From: Daphnia carinata
Lineage: Eukaryota
DNA length: 64,000 nucleotides
Assembly: GCF_022539665.2 (NCBI RefSeq)
Contig: NC_081333.1
Coordinates: 5,146,001 to 5,210,000 of the forward strand
Direction of reading: 5' to 3'
The stretch's first letter is position 1, and each line of letters opens with the position of its first letter. Under the pieces are notes generated by a model. That model was not told the origin of the DNA, searched no databases, and saw only the letters and a program-made list of their open reading frames with translations. Position numbers and translations under genes: made by a program. Below are positions 52,201-64,000 of the stretch, in pieces.

Positions 52201-54322
52201 TAATGTTACACGAAAACTCCAGACGCAGCACATAAACAGCACAGACGATAAACTACACCACGAACAACTAAGCGATGACTAGCTGAAATGCTGAATCAGC
52301 ATGCGAAAATTGGAAAGTCGAAACTACCATTATTTATCATTTCAGTAGTCTTTCCCTAAACACTGGGGAATGGTTTCATCTCAAAAATCTTTTTATATAA
52401 TAACTTGATTATTGAAGGAGTCTTTTACAAGGATGTAGTTTAAACATTACAGTAAGTGTTTAAAGTCCGTTTTAGATGATAATTGTGAATTATTTATTAA
52501 CAATGGGTTACCTCTCAATGCTAAATTTGAATTCAGTTGGCGATTGTTAAAGTAACGTCTGCTCGAGTGAGACATCAGAAGAATATCAGGGAAGTTTACA
52601 TTTACTGTAGTTTATTTTGGTTAACGTTACATTTTTCTTATATTTAGATATCAGAGTTCGACAATTTATACTTAGAGATGAATGGGATTATTTACCATTG
52701 CTATCTTCCAAATGATTTTGTATATTTTTCTATTGAGGTTGTGGCTCCCCGAGCCAAAATGAGCCCACAGTGAGGGAGAAATTTCAACTCTACACAATTG
52801 GTGAGTCCAACAGACAGTTTCATTAACATGTACGTTTCAGCAAATACTTTACGTGCTCTTCTTTAAGGTATTGATGGGGTTCTTGGCCGTAAATGGTTAC
52901 CTAATCTTCCCCATTTTAACACAAATAACTTTTGACGTTTTTGCAAATGTTTTTAAAGACAATTTGTTACCTGTTCCTTTATCATTCTGAAGGAGACACT
53001 TTTCTGTGTGGATTGGGAGATAAAAAGAGTCAGGAATTTTGGCACTTCGAGCAATTGCCGAATGTATTTACTTTTATCATTATTAAGATTGGTTTATTGG
53101 TAACTGCATTATCTACCTTTGCAGGATGAACGAGGAGATAAGGTATTTTAATCTAGTTTTGACACAAATCAGATGAATAATGTTAGGAATTGTAATTATT
53201 TAATTAAAAAATAATTGAAAATTACAATTATTATTGTAACGTATGTTGAAAATTGAGTAAGATTTGATGAGATAAATATATTGCAATGTACAATGTATTA
53301 TGTAATATGTTTAACATTTTGTCATTTCATTCGCCATGGTCTAATTTTTAATCAAATAATTTTTTTCAACGACCGTTCAATTATATAACATCATTTTTAC
53401 GTATGGTGATCTTTAACAAAGCTTTTTCAAGTTGAATCAAAACCTAGGAGGTCTTTTCGAAATCGATTTAAAACATGGTTTAAATTCTCTTTTTTTAACA
53501 ACAATTATTTAGAAAAAAGAAAAAAATTTGAAACTCTTCTTTGCTGTTGCAGGGACGTCCTCAGGATCTTGTTTTGGCACCTCCACCGGGCTTCAAATTC
53601 TAATAGCCGACGGACATCCATGGAACAACCCGATATGGCGCAGGATATCTAACGGATGTTCGGATCACAGTCGGACATCCGACGGCAGAGATGTGCTATG
53701 TGGGAACAAGGCACACCAAAAAACACTAGAAAAGGGCTACCTTAAGTGAAGAGAAGTGAGCCGCTTCGGTGCAAAAATGTGTGTGTATTATCCGGGCCTG
53801 AGTGGCCCTCATATACCCATACAAAAACCCACGGTTGACAGATAAACATAATTAATGAAACATAAGTTTAAACGCTGGTCCAGAGGCCGCCTCTGATTCT
53901 TCTTTCTTCTGACCGCGGGATAACCCCTTCCTGCGACACTTCAACCTTCCCCTTTCCGATGCTCGAAGGGATTTTCCTGCGGGTACCATCCTTCTTCCTG
54001 CCGCTGGTTTTTAATATTCGATTCCTTCTTTCGTCGCTAGAGACCGTTCCATGTAGATGGGAAAGTCGTTAACATATTTCAATATCATAATATGGGTTCC
54101 TGGTCTTTCATTATTCAATCATGCGGTGCGGTGGTCTTTACCCCCCCGGCCACGTTTACCCCTTAGTCCGTCGTACGGTGGGTCTGTTTTAAGTCGCGGA
54201 ACTCGGCTGGATTTGTCCGCCTGGAGCTTCCGTCTCTCCGTCCACCGGGTTCTCACCTAAACCTCCTGTTATTGCCCCGGCCTGGACCCCTGACTGTGGG
54301 TCGGACGTCGGATTTTCCGACA
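49300..54322 (-). mobile_element. BEL/Pao-type LTR retrotransposon 5' remnant (LTR ~51228-54322 interrupted by a CACTA, PBS, degenerate 5' ORFs)
   Basis: LTR starts TGTCGG at 54322 (minus). PBS TGGTCCTTCGAACCGGA (tRNA-Tyr type) at 51209-51225. Basic and coiled-coil ORFs 50400-51023 and 50079-50387. The 3' boundary is uncertain. Confidence 0.7.
51605..53704. mobile_element. Non-autonomous CACTA/EnSpm element
   Basis: TIR CCCACATAG(A/C)ACA, 2-bp TSD AA, ggacatcc/ggatgt subterminal repeats. Confidence 0.88.
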
Positions 54323-56769
54323 CCCTATACTCCAGAACAAAATGGAGTATCAGAAAGACTCAATAGAACGGTGTTGGAATCAGCAAGAAGTATGATTCAT
54401 TCTTCTTCCCTGCCGCTAGAGCTCTGGGCTGAAGCATCCTACTGTGCTGTCTATTTGCTTAACCGTGTGGCAACCCAAATGGTCGAAGGAAGAACACCCT
54501 ATGAAGTATGGAAAGGTGTGAAGCCCAATGTTTCTTACATCAGAGTTTTTGGATCAACGGTATTTGTACATACTCCTAAGGAAAAAAAGGCAAGTTTGAT
54601 TCAAAAGCAGTAAAATGTCATCATGTTGGCTATTGTGAAACACAAAAAGCTTTCAGGGCCTGGGACCCTGTAAGCCGAAAAGTTTTTATTTCCAGAGACG
54701 TCGTTTTTCAAGAACTGGATGATCGAGCCGTTGAAGTTGAGCAGTCAAGCAGCATTTTTGATCTTGTGGCGAATTGCTGTTTCGAAAAGGAAATAAGGCT
54801 GTCGCAAACCGCTCAACCTTACGCATCCGTTCAACCAGATAGCACCCAGGAGGAAGAGTCCTAGCTAAGCTAAGAGCTAAGCTAAGAGCCCCCCTAGCTA
54901 CCCAGGGAGTCTCAGGAAATTGTAACACTGAGCCATGAAGAGGTCAACACTGAAGAGTTGGTCGGCGATTTTAAGACCAACCAAACGAAGAGCCCTCTCT
55001 CGGGAAAAGAATACGAAGGCTACCTGTGAGATGGATTGATGAGTCAACAAACAAGTTCTACGCAAAATTCGCAGTGGGTGTCGTAGAAGAGCCGAAAGAT
55101 TTCGAGAACGCTCTAAAGTCTCCTCAAGCAGACCAATGGGCAATGGCAATAAAGGAAGAGATGAATTCGTTAATTAAAAACAAAACCTGGACACTGACGA
55201 CCCTACATTCTGGTAGACAAGCTATTCAAAATAGATGGGTATACAAGTTAAAACTGGATGGAGATGGAGAAGTCCGTCGGTTTAAAGCCAGACTCGTCGC
55301 CAAAGGTTTTACTCAGCGTCCTGGAATGGACTTTCACGAAACTTTCTCACCAGTTGTAAAATATGAATCACTACGTGCTCTTCTTTCCATAGCTGCTGTT
55401 TTGGACCTTGAGATGTTGCAGCTCGATATCAAGACTGCGTTTTGGAATGGAGATTTAGACGAAGAATTGTATATGGCTCAGCCTGGGGGGTTGTTTCTCA
55501 CGGTCATGAAGAGAAAGTCTGCAAGCTGAATCGGAGCCTATACGGACTTAAACAGGCTTCAAGGGCCTGGAACCTGAAGTTTCACGGTTTTCTCACGAGT
55601 TTCGGTTTTGTTCAAAGTTTTGCAGATCAGTGTGTGTATGTTCTCAAAGAAGAAAACTGTTTAACAATGATCGCGATCTGGGTCGACGATGGTTTAATTC
55701 GCATTAGTCATTCTTCAATACTTGCCAGTGTGGTGGATTTTCTAGCCAAGCATTTCGAAATGACATCTGGTCCTGCTGATTGTTTTGTTGGCATTCAGAT
55801 TGTTCGGAACAGATTGAAGAAAACAATTCACATTTCTCAAGAAAACTACATTAAGCGACTTCTGGAAAAATTTAGCCTTTCCGACTGCAGCATGCGCATC
55901 GTTTCTGCTGATCCCTTCACACGCCTGTCAAGAAAACTTGGGTGACTCGCCGACTAATCAGACGCTGTTGGAGCCATATCGTGAAGCTGTTGGATCTCTG
56001 CTATCACGTGCACGAGACCTGATGTAGCCTTCGCTGTTAGCCAGATGTCACTATTCTCTAGCTCGCCGACCCAGGCCCATTGGGAGGCAGTTAAACGCAT
56101 TTTTTCTTACCTGAAAGGGACCATGAGTCATGGAATCGTTTTTGGAAATTTCGATTCCCAACATGTTCTTCTAGTTTATACTGACGCTGATTTTGCCTCA
56201 AACCTAGCCGAAAGGCGGTCAACGACCGGAGTTGTCCTTCTACTGAATGGAGGTCCAGTAAGCTGGATAAGTCAATGTCAAAAATGTGTCTTTTTGTCTA
56301 CAACCGAGTCCGAATATGTTGCAGCCGCCACAGCCGCCAAGGAAGTTGTTTGGATGAGACGTCTTCTCCAGGACTTTGGCCTACACCAATCTGCACCAAC
56401 TACTCTAGTTTGTGACAACCAGTCTTCAATCAAACTAGTAAAGAACGCGGAGTTCCATCAACGAACCAAACACATTGCCGTGAAGTTTTATTTCATCCGT
56501 GCTTTGCAAGACGATCAAGTGGTTGACGTCACCTATATCAACACAGATGTGCAGCTCGCTGACATTCTTACGAAGGCGCTTAGTGGACCAAGATTTGTAA
56601 AGCTAAGAGAAGACATTAATGTTGCTGTCATGCTTGAGTGGGTGTGTTGAAAAACAGGCAGGCAGATGCTTCCTTTAAATGACGCCCTTACTCTACCCTT
56701 TTAGACTGCCGTCTGCATGGTAGTCGGGTATATAGTGTCACTGTCTTCCGTCTCTATGATCAGTTATAA

Positions 56770-57500
56770 CAGAGTCATAGAAACCTGGTTGACCTACGCT
56801 GTGTGTAAATGCTACAAGGGTTTGTGGTGACTTGTGGTCCAATTCTGGCAGTTAAATAGCGAACCTAGCGGTTTTGGTGGAGTACTACATGGCCCCAACC
56901 AATGAGCTATGTCCTGTCAAAATGTCGACAGCCAATCATAGCAGACCCGCCAAACGAGGGGGAAGTACTTAGTACTTTACTCCGGCGATTTGTACTTAGA
57001 GAAGTCGGATGGCCAAGTCAAGCGTGTCTTTCAAGCATGGCCTACTATAATAACGGCCTGTCAGCGCGCAATACTTCTTGCGCAAATAATTTAATTGTCA
57101 TAGAGGCTTAATAGATATAATACTAATATAAAATTATGTAATATAAAATTTTAATACAGAATTGCAATGAGCGGAAAAACAGTAGAAAGTGGAACCTAGC
57201 GCAGCGCGTGGCCAGCATACGTTAGGAAATGTAAAAAAGAAAATGCACTGACTAAATTTGAACTCGGGTCTCCCGCACTGCAACCGGAGGTGCTATCTAC
57301 TAGGCCTTTCAACAAAGTTGTAATGTCGTTTCCTTATAGTTTTCCTTTAGGATGTCAGGATATCTCTAATTCTAGTCAACAGATGGCTCTTTGTCGCTGC
57401 CAGCTCCGCCCACAAAATCGGTGAAATTGGGACCACAAGTCACCACAAACCCTTGTAGCATTTACACACAGCGTAGAGCTACCAGGTTTCTATGACTCTG
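56770..57500. mobile_element. MITE, P-element-like
   Basis: ~75-bp TIR CAGAGTCATAGAAACCTGGT..., 7-bp TSD GTTATAA, non-coding. Superfamily inferred from the CAGAG end and TSD length. Confidence 0.85.
57248..57306 (-). pseudogene. tRNA-derived sequence inside the MITE
   Basis: Minus strand GGCCTAGTAGATAG...GCGGGAGACCCGAGTTCAAAT. Confidence 0.5.
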
Positions 57501-58595
57501 GTTATAATAAAAGCTTCACCGCGCTATACTAGTTGTTCTAACGTCTAATTCGTTAATTTCAGCAATATATATTGACATAATAATAATTGTAATATAATTT
57601 TGTAACTCTCCTTGAAGAGTTATAAAATTAAATGGTTATTTTGTGTGCATCTGTATATATATATTTTTTCTGCCATAGTTTCGCTTAACTTTTTTTATGT
57701 AATGTATAATTTGCCTATTTCTAAATACTAAAGAAAAATTAACTAGATTGGGACTGCAATACAATTCCACCTATTTTAACGAAGTCACAATGATGTATAT
57801 GATGTATCAATAATACCGCACGGTAAATATTTATGCTTAAAATATTCAGTCATAACAGTTTTCTTTCAAATATGGCAAATGTACAAAACAGAGTCACAGT
57901 GTAAACAAGGCACGACATGTGGAACACTTGAAATATTTGGCCAAGTCAGATTGTTTTTTAATATTTTTACAATCCCAGTGACACCATTCCAGGCAACTGT
58001 CATAGAGCACGACATTGGGTGTGGTTTTATTAATATTCTTCTTACAGTCACCACATATGGGATGTTTTTTCTTAAAATCAACTGTAAGGAAGTATTATAT
58101 TAAAGATTATTTTTGTTGTAAAAAATAACATGTTTCACTGCTAACTTACTCAAGCTTATTGTGGCTATCCAGGCTTCCTCCGTAAATAATTTCTGAAATT
58201 TTGGAAGTTCTACTACTACGTCCTCTTCTGTGAATGTGTTGATAACCATGTCAGGCATAGGGTTGATGTCATGTTCTTCCACTAACTATTTTAGTACGAA
58301 GAATTTCAGCCAAATTTCATGTCAAAAACACTGTTTCGGTTCAAAGGTATGTTAAACTATTTTTTATAGAAAATTACTTATAACATGTCTTGCCTCTAGA
58401 TTTATCAGTTGCTGATTTCATGGTGAATCTGGCAGGTGTAATTTTATATTTATCAAGTCTATTTGTTTTCCTTGGTCGCCCTGTTTTTGGCTTAAAGTTT
58501 GGCAGCTTGAGTTCAGCCAACTCAACATCTCTGATTTTTCGCTTTTTCGCTTGATCGGTTGCTACAAGGTCAATTGGAGCTGGATCTAGTGCCAC

Positions 58596-58755
58596 ATGAG
58601 CAGTAGCAGGAATTTCAGCAGTCGCAGGAGTTTCAGCAGACGCAAGAATTTCTGTAGTAGCAGGAATTTAAGCAGACGCAGAAGTTTCAGAAGACGCGGG
58701 AATTTCAGCATAAGCGGGAATTTCAGCAGACACAGGAGTTTCAACAGACGCAGGA
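58596..58755 (-). repeat. 18-bp coding minisatellite (SAEIPA/SAETPA-like, ~9 units)
   Basis: Repeats of gcagga(a/g)tttcagcaga on the plus strand. Confidence 0.85.
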
Positions 58756-58999
58756 TTGTCCATAAATTTGCGGAAGAAATCACCATCTTCCATTTCGGTA
58801 ATGACTTCCTGTAATAGTGAATCCGTCGAATAAACTATTAACGCAATTTGTTGGAGCATTTTAGTATCTTCGTTTATCATAGGCAAAAATTCTGGAATAG
58901 GCTGATCATCTGAAATGAAATAGTACACTTAATTTTATGGTTTAAGTTACTATACTACTCTAAGTTACGTTAAGTTCTTTAAGTTACGACTATTTCTAA

Positions 59000-59162
59000 G
59001 GAGAAATAGGACTAATGCCGAGGAAAAATAGAACTGCCCTAAGAGTTTTTAAAAGTCAGTCCTATTTCTCCCAGTCCTATTTCTCCGGTAGAAATAGGAC
59101 TGGAAATTTTCAGTCCTACTTCTCCAGTCCTATTTCGTTTCAGTCCTATTTCACCGCAAATC
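59000..59162. repeat. Array of CAGTCCTATTTC motifs in both orientations, probably a DNA transposon terminus in an intron
   Basis: About seven copies of cagtcctatttc/gaaataggact. Confidence 0.6.
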
Positions 59163-60452
59163 ACTTTAAGTTATAAAATTACACTAGTTAACGTTTACCT
59201 TCAACTATAGTTAAGAATTTATGGCTTCTTATTACTTCGTGAAGCTGTTGCATTAAGTGAAGATATCCCTTAAACACAGGCAAAGGCAAATCTTGCATTG
59301 TATTTGCGAGCGAACGTGCCAGTAAGTTCGCTTCGGAAAACATTGCTTCTCTAGTGTATGACGTTTAATTGAAATTTCTCCTGGAAATCATCGGAGAACT
59401 AAAGTTTTCAGGTGAACTGTTTTCAGGATAATCACCCTATAAAATAAGTAATTGTTGTATTGATAAAGTTGACGATGATTCCATTCGAAATAATTTTAGC
59501 GCTTCGGTTGCTTCTTTAAGCCAGCGTGATTGTATGCTTGCACAGGTAGTTCTTTTTTGTCTTGCAGGGCAACGAAAAGAATATGACGACAGGGTAAACC
59601 ACACCACGTTGAGAAGGTGCAGTTGCACTCGTTGAGTGTCTCTGAAACTGCATACGTATTGGAGCATGATGTAATTTGTACGCCGAATTTTCCTGTAATT
59701 AACTTTGAGGTAACGTTTAATAAAAATTTAGCTTTTTTTCACAATACCTTCCCTTAAGAAAATTTCCACGGTTGTTGCCAGCCACAACCAGTCCGTTACC
59801 AGTGCGCAACGATTTTCGCACAGGGATCTAAATTCTACTTAGATATCAGTACGCTGCCAGTATGGTAAAGGAAATACAATTATTAACATACTACTAGTCA
59901 GCTAATAAACGCCTTCTTTAAGTTGTAACTATTTAACCTGTGGAATGTAGACTGCCGTTGCTAGTTTACTATCCAGATTTACAACCGGAGCATAACGCTT
60001 CCTTATAATACACTATTAATGGTTGTAATTATAAATCCCTATATCAGCAAATCATATTTCACCAAGTAACAGACCAGGAAATTGCAGGCATTTGTGTAAC
60101 TACTAGCAACGTATCAGTAATTGGTACGGTGTAAGAAACAGACTTAATTTGTGTTATAAATATGCTACGCGTGCTCAAAATGAAAGTCTTTATGAATACA
60201 ATTTACACACATATACTAAAATAAAAAATTTCTAATCATATTAGCTTACTTAATTTACATTATTTAACATATGCTTCGCTTACTTTAGAAATCTGGATAA
60301 TTTTATCAAGGCAGACGATGATTTTGTTTGTTTATTTTTATGTAAATTCACAAGGGAATTTCAAAAGATTGCCCACTATTAGTTTGCCATTTGTTACTGT
60401 CTTCTATTTACCCTATAGCTTCTTCTAAGGCATTGTCTCCAGTATCAGGTGA

Positions 60453-62988
60453 AAATGTCTAGTGTTCGTGGTAACTCAAAATCGTCGGCCCGTAGAATGC
60501 GATTGAATTTGGCCGACACCAATTACAATGAAATGATGGAATGGAATACTGCAGATACCTTACAAGTAAACTCAACGGAAGAAAGCCGAAACCCGACTGG
60601 AGAAAATGAAACCGCTTCAGTGATATATCAGAGTAATACGAGTGTTCATAATGTGAGTTGAAGTAACTGAATATATTTCTTATACCTTACTCCTACTTTC
60701 TTAAAAAATACCATTGTGTGTATTGTATAGGATAATGACCACAGCACCTCTCAACAAAATGAATCTCGAGAAAGCATTATAGACCCATGTTTGGATCATG
60801 CACTCACAGACCAACAGAATGGTATTAATTCAAAGCTTTTTAATGCAAAATTATCTATTCCCTTATAGTAATAGGTGATTATTTTCCTACCAACAGAAGG
60901 CATACAAGTCCCTTATGAATTACAAATGATGTAGTTCGGTGATAGTGTTTATGGAAAACTATATGAAAAAATCGTCACAGAGGATACATCTGCGATAAAA
61001 CAATCACGGTCCTTATCTGTGCAGACGGGGCAAATCCTTATAAACGGAGTAAATATGGCTTTTGGCCATTTATGGGAGTGATTAACGAGGCGCCATATAC
61101 TGTTCGCCGTTCCAACGTTATCGTGTTTGCTCTTCTTTACGGGAATAAGAAACCTTCCATCGATATTTTTATCAAGCCGTGTGTTGCCGAACTCATTCGT
61201 CTTGGAACAACTGGAATTGTAGTTGGTGGAGTGACATACTACGTAAAGCCTTTAATTGTTAGCGTTGACACTGTTGCTCGCCCTGTGCTCAGAAATACGA
61301 CACAATTTAATGGATTATACGCATGTGATTTCTGCCTACACCGTGGTAAGCTAACTCTTTTTAGCTGTTTTTGAGTTACAACTTATTATTAGTGATACAT
61401 TTCAATATTACCGATGCAAAACAATTACAATGATTCCTAAATATTGATTAAACTACCCAGGTCAAGTAAATAGGAAAGGAATGGGATATTGTCGCGTATA
61501 TCCGAATCCTCAAGATCGGTCAATATGCTTCCCTTTGCGGACTACAAAGCAACACGATGATGATTTATTAGAGGTACCTACATTGAAACTAACACAATAG
61601 ACAATCACATTTCATTCCATTTTCTGCTATGAACTACAGGTACTTATTGGAGAGAGTGATGCTGTTCACGGCATACTTGGTGATACACCATTCTTCAAGA
61701 TTAAAGGGTTTGATTTTATTGCCGCTTTCGTTCCAGAATATATGCACAGCGTCTGTCTTGGAGTTGTTCGCTACTTTCTGTTGCTGTGGACTCTTTCATC
61801 GTATAACAAAGAGCCATGGTATATTGGAAAGCGGATTATCCTAGACGAACTTAATAAGCGACTATTGGAAATTAAGCCACCCTCTGAAATCACAAGAACC
61901 CCTCAGATCTTTGATAATATTCCGTACTGGAAGACTTCAGAGTTCCGATCATTTGTTTTATTTTATTATCCGATCCTGAAGGGAATTTTGCCTGAGCCAT
62001 TTTTTTCCCATTTTTCAACATTGGCTTATTCGTTGTTTGGTCTACTGCTGGATGAAATTAAGGTAGAATCTGTAAGAAAAATCGAGATCGTTTTGCGACA
62101 TTTCGTGTCAGAGGCTGAAAATCTCTACGGATCGCAACACATTACTTACAATGTGCACCTTCTTACTCATCTGGCTAAAAGTTCGATTGATTGGGGTTGC
62201 CTTTTGTCAACTTCCGCTTTCATTCCAGAGTGGATCAACGGAGATCTACAGAACCTATTCAATGGCACTCAAAACGTAATTGAGCAAATGACTGAAACTT
62301 ATCTTATGCGCATAGCCATTCGAAGAGAAGCTATTGATCTTTTAGCATCCAACAGTATACCATACGAAGTAACTCGCCTTCTCGATCGCTTACTTTGTTT
62401 ACCCAAAGCTGTCCTTTCCTCTCGTTCTTTCCAAAGTGACCGAATAATTGACGGATACACTGTTAGGGGAAAAGTAACCAAAAGACGATTAGTGGCGGAA
62501 GAAGTTGTAGCTTTAAAAAATTTCTTACGCACGTCAAATACTATGTCACAGCGGAACAGAATTGAGTTAAATGGTCAGGAAGATTACGTATTTTATTCGA
62601 AAGTTAAGTTGAAGACGGGAGGCTTTTTCACCACAAGTAGGTATGCTAAGTCCCCAAAGCGATCGAATTTTTATGCTTTATTGCATAATTGGGAATTTTT
62701 CCTAATAGAAAACATATGTGTGGTCGAAAATCTCGCTTTGTTTGTTGGACCACCAATTTTTCTGTTTGGACACGAACTCGGAACGGTCCGAAAAGACATA
62801 TTTTGTCCCCATCGGGTGGGTTCCATAGTGTTAGATAAATTAGCCGGGAAACCACAATGCTGGTGGGTAAGGGGAAAGAACTTGTTGCAGTTTGTGTCGA
62901 TAGCGCAAGGAAGAAGTGCGTCGCATTGATTGAAACATATGATACTATAGTGCTTACTGCCATCCCTAATCCTTTTGAAACAGACTGA
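60453..62988 (+). mobile_element. CACTA/EnSpm-type transposase gene, multi-exon, N-terminally deleted and frameshifted
   Basis: SADGANPYKRSKYGFWPFMGVINE, VDTVARPVLRNTTQFNGLYACDFC, VPEYMHSVCLGV, WKTSEFRSF, ITYNVHLLTHL. Frameshift near 62845. Confidence 0.85.
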
Positions 62989-63071
62989 TTTTAATTATTT
63001 CCGATACATAAATAACTAGTTACTGTAATTTTTTCCTGTCGTTTCCGTGTGTGCATAGCAATAAAAGTTGA

Positions 63072-64000
63072 ATGACATTCACATCTGCTACCGCTTTTCA
63101 AAGATCATATTTACAATACAGGTAAGAGCCAAGTATACTTAATTATAGGAGTTGTATCGAAATTTCCAAAAAAAAACGTTGCAACGATGGATTACTTAAA
63201 AAACTTGAAAAATCGATATGTTGTCTGCTAGGAGCATCATTAGGTCACTCATATGAACTCGTGAGAGGTAAGGTCATTGTTCAATGTATTCTGCTAGTGT
63301 AGCTGTTTAGTTAATTCGTTTTTTTTTACAACGACTGCAGGTAAGATGGCAAAAGGACAGTCTAGCGAAAGTATTCATGCAGGGGCTGTTCTTCACGTGC
63401 TCTTCAGATTGCCTTGCAAAACTATGATAAGTACAAGTGACAGCATTCGAGAACTGAAGAAATGCAAGCGAAGAACAATGACCACTCTGATAAGTAGGTT
63501 AACCAGTTGGAGGGACGAAAAGACAGCTGTGTCAGTAGAGTAAGTAATTAATTGTAGAAATGTAATTACATGCAGGTATTCTAATTCCCTTTCATGTACT
63601 TCCAGGTTGACAGAGAATGAACATCCGAGGACATCAACTCAATTTCACCCAGTTTTTGAATCTGCGACCATATTATTTTTTGCTGGTAAGAACTTTTGTA
63701 TTATTTTTGAGTTTCATTCTAAAATTCTTGTGATTTTTGTCATTTGTAGAATCTGTAGCTGACCTTTTGATTCACAAAGCAGAAATTGATGCCGGTCATG
63801 TTGCAAGGAAAACAGTACCAGCAGCAAAAGCCACTGACGATAGCAGTGATGAAGAACCACCAGTGTCACCAATCAAGCGTACTAGAAGGTCGTTACAGGG
63901 AACAAGTGATATCGACAGGTCGTTCCAAGGTAAAAGTCCCAGTTCAACTATGCTATTGTGCATCGGTTAATGTATGGGTGCTAGTAGGCGTTTGCTAATT
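63072..64000 (+). pseudogene. Probable second (accessory) CACTA gene, multi-exon, partial
   Basis: Short GT-AG exons directly downstream of the transposase, with acidic/basic low-complexity peptide (DDSSDEEPPVSPIKRTRR). Confidence 0.4.

Larger units (their letters stand above)
54323..57564 (+). mobile_element. Ty1/Copia 3' part: integrase C-terminus, RT, RNase H (frameshifted), PPT and 3' LTR (56645-57564, MITE-interrupted)
   Basis: PYTPEQNGVSER, RFKARLVAKGFTQ, QLDIKTAF, SLYGLKQASRAW, WVDD, YTDADFA, STTESEY, RTKHI, QLADILTK. LTR TGTTGAAA...TTTCAGCA. Confidence 0.93.
57890..59800 (-). pseudogene. Degenerate multi-exon gene, probably the C-terminus of a SWIM-type MULE transposase with a terminal Cys/His finger
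   Basis: SWIM-like VCSFRDTQRVQLHLLNV...SIQSRWLKE, KPKTGRPRK, terminal CHWDCKNIKKQSDLAKYFKCSTC. Confidence 0.5.

Overview
Eukaryotic, intron-rich DNA. The gene families and transposon types point to a branchiopod crustacean such as Daphnia (inference). The window is a heterochromatin-like graveyard with no clearly intact host gene. Broken or fragmentary host genes are two PVR/VEGFR-like receptor kinases, a LASP SH3 exon, a trypsin-like protease homolog, an arrestin-domain protein, SLC26A11, Tyr/Thr-rich repeat proteins, an IRE1-like kinase, an opsin, mib2, TSEN2 and MAK16. They are interleaved with nested mobile elements: two Copia, BEL/Pao, an env-bearing LTR remnant, several CACTA/EnSpm, PIF/Harbinger, an apparently intact Mutator and a P-like MITE. 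The most notable items are: (1) a very young 2.37-kb Gag-only LTR retrotransposon with apparently identical LTRs, a covarying hairpin array and a retained -1 frameshift site; (2) an 8.6-kb block of gene fragments inserted into a LASP exon and flanked by a ~27-bp duplication; (3) an unrecognised protein built of a 2x48-aa higher-order repeat; (4) a Copia ORF with Gag fused in frame to integrase; (5) tRNA-like Pol III cassettes inside three different DNA transposons. All calls come from manual reading and translation; no database search was run.
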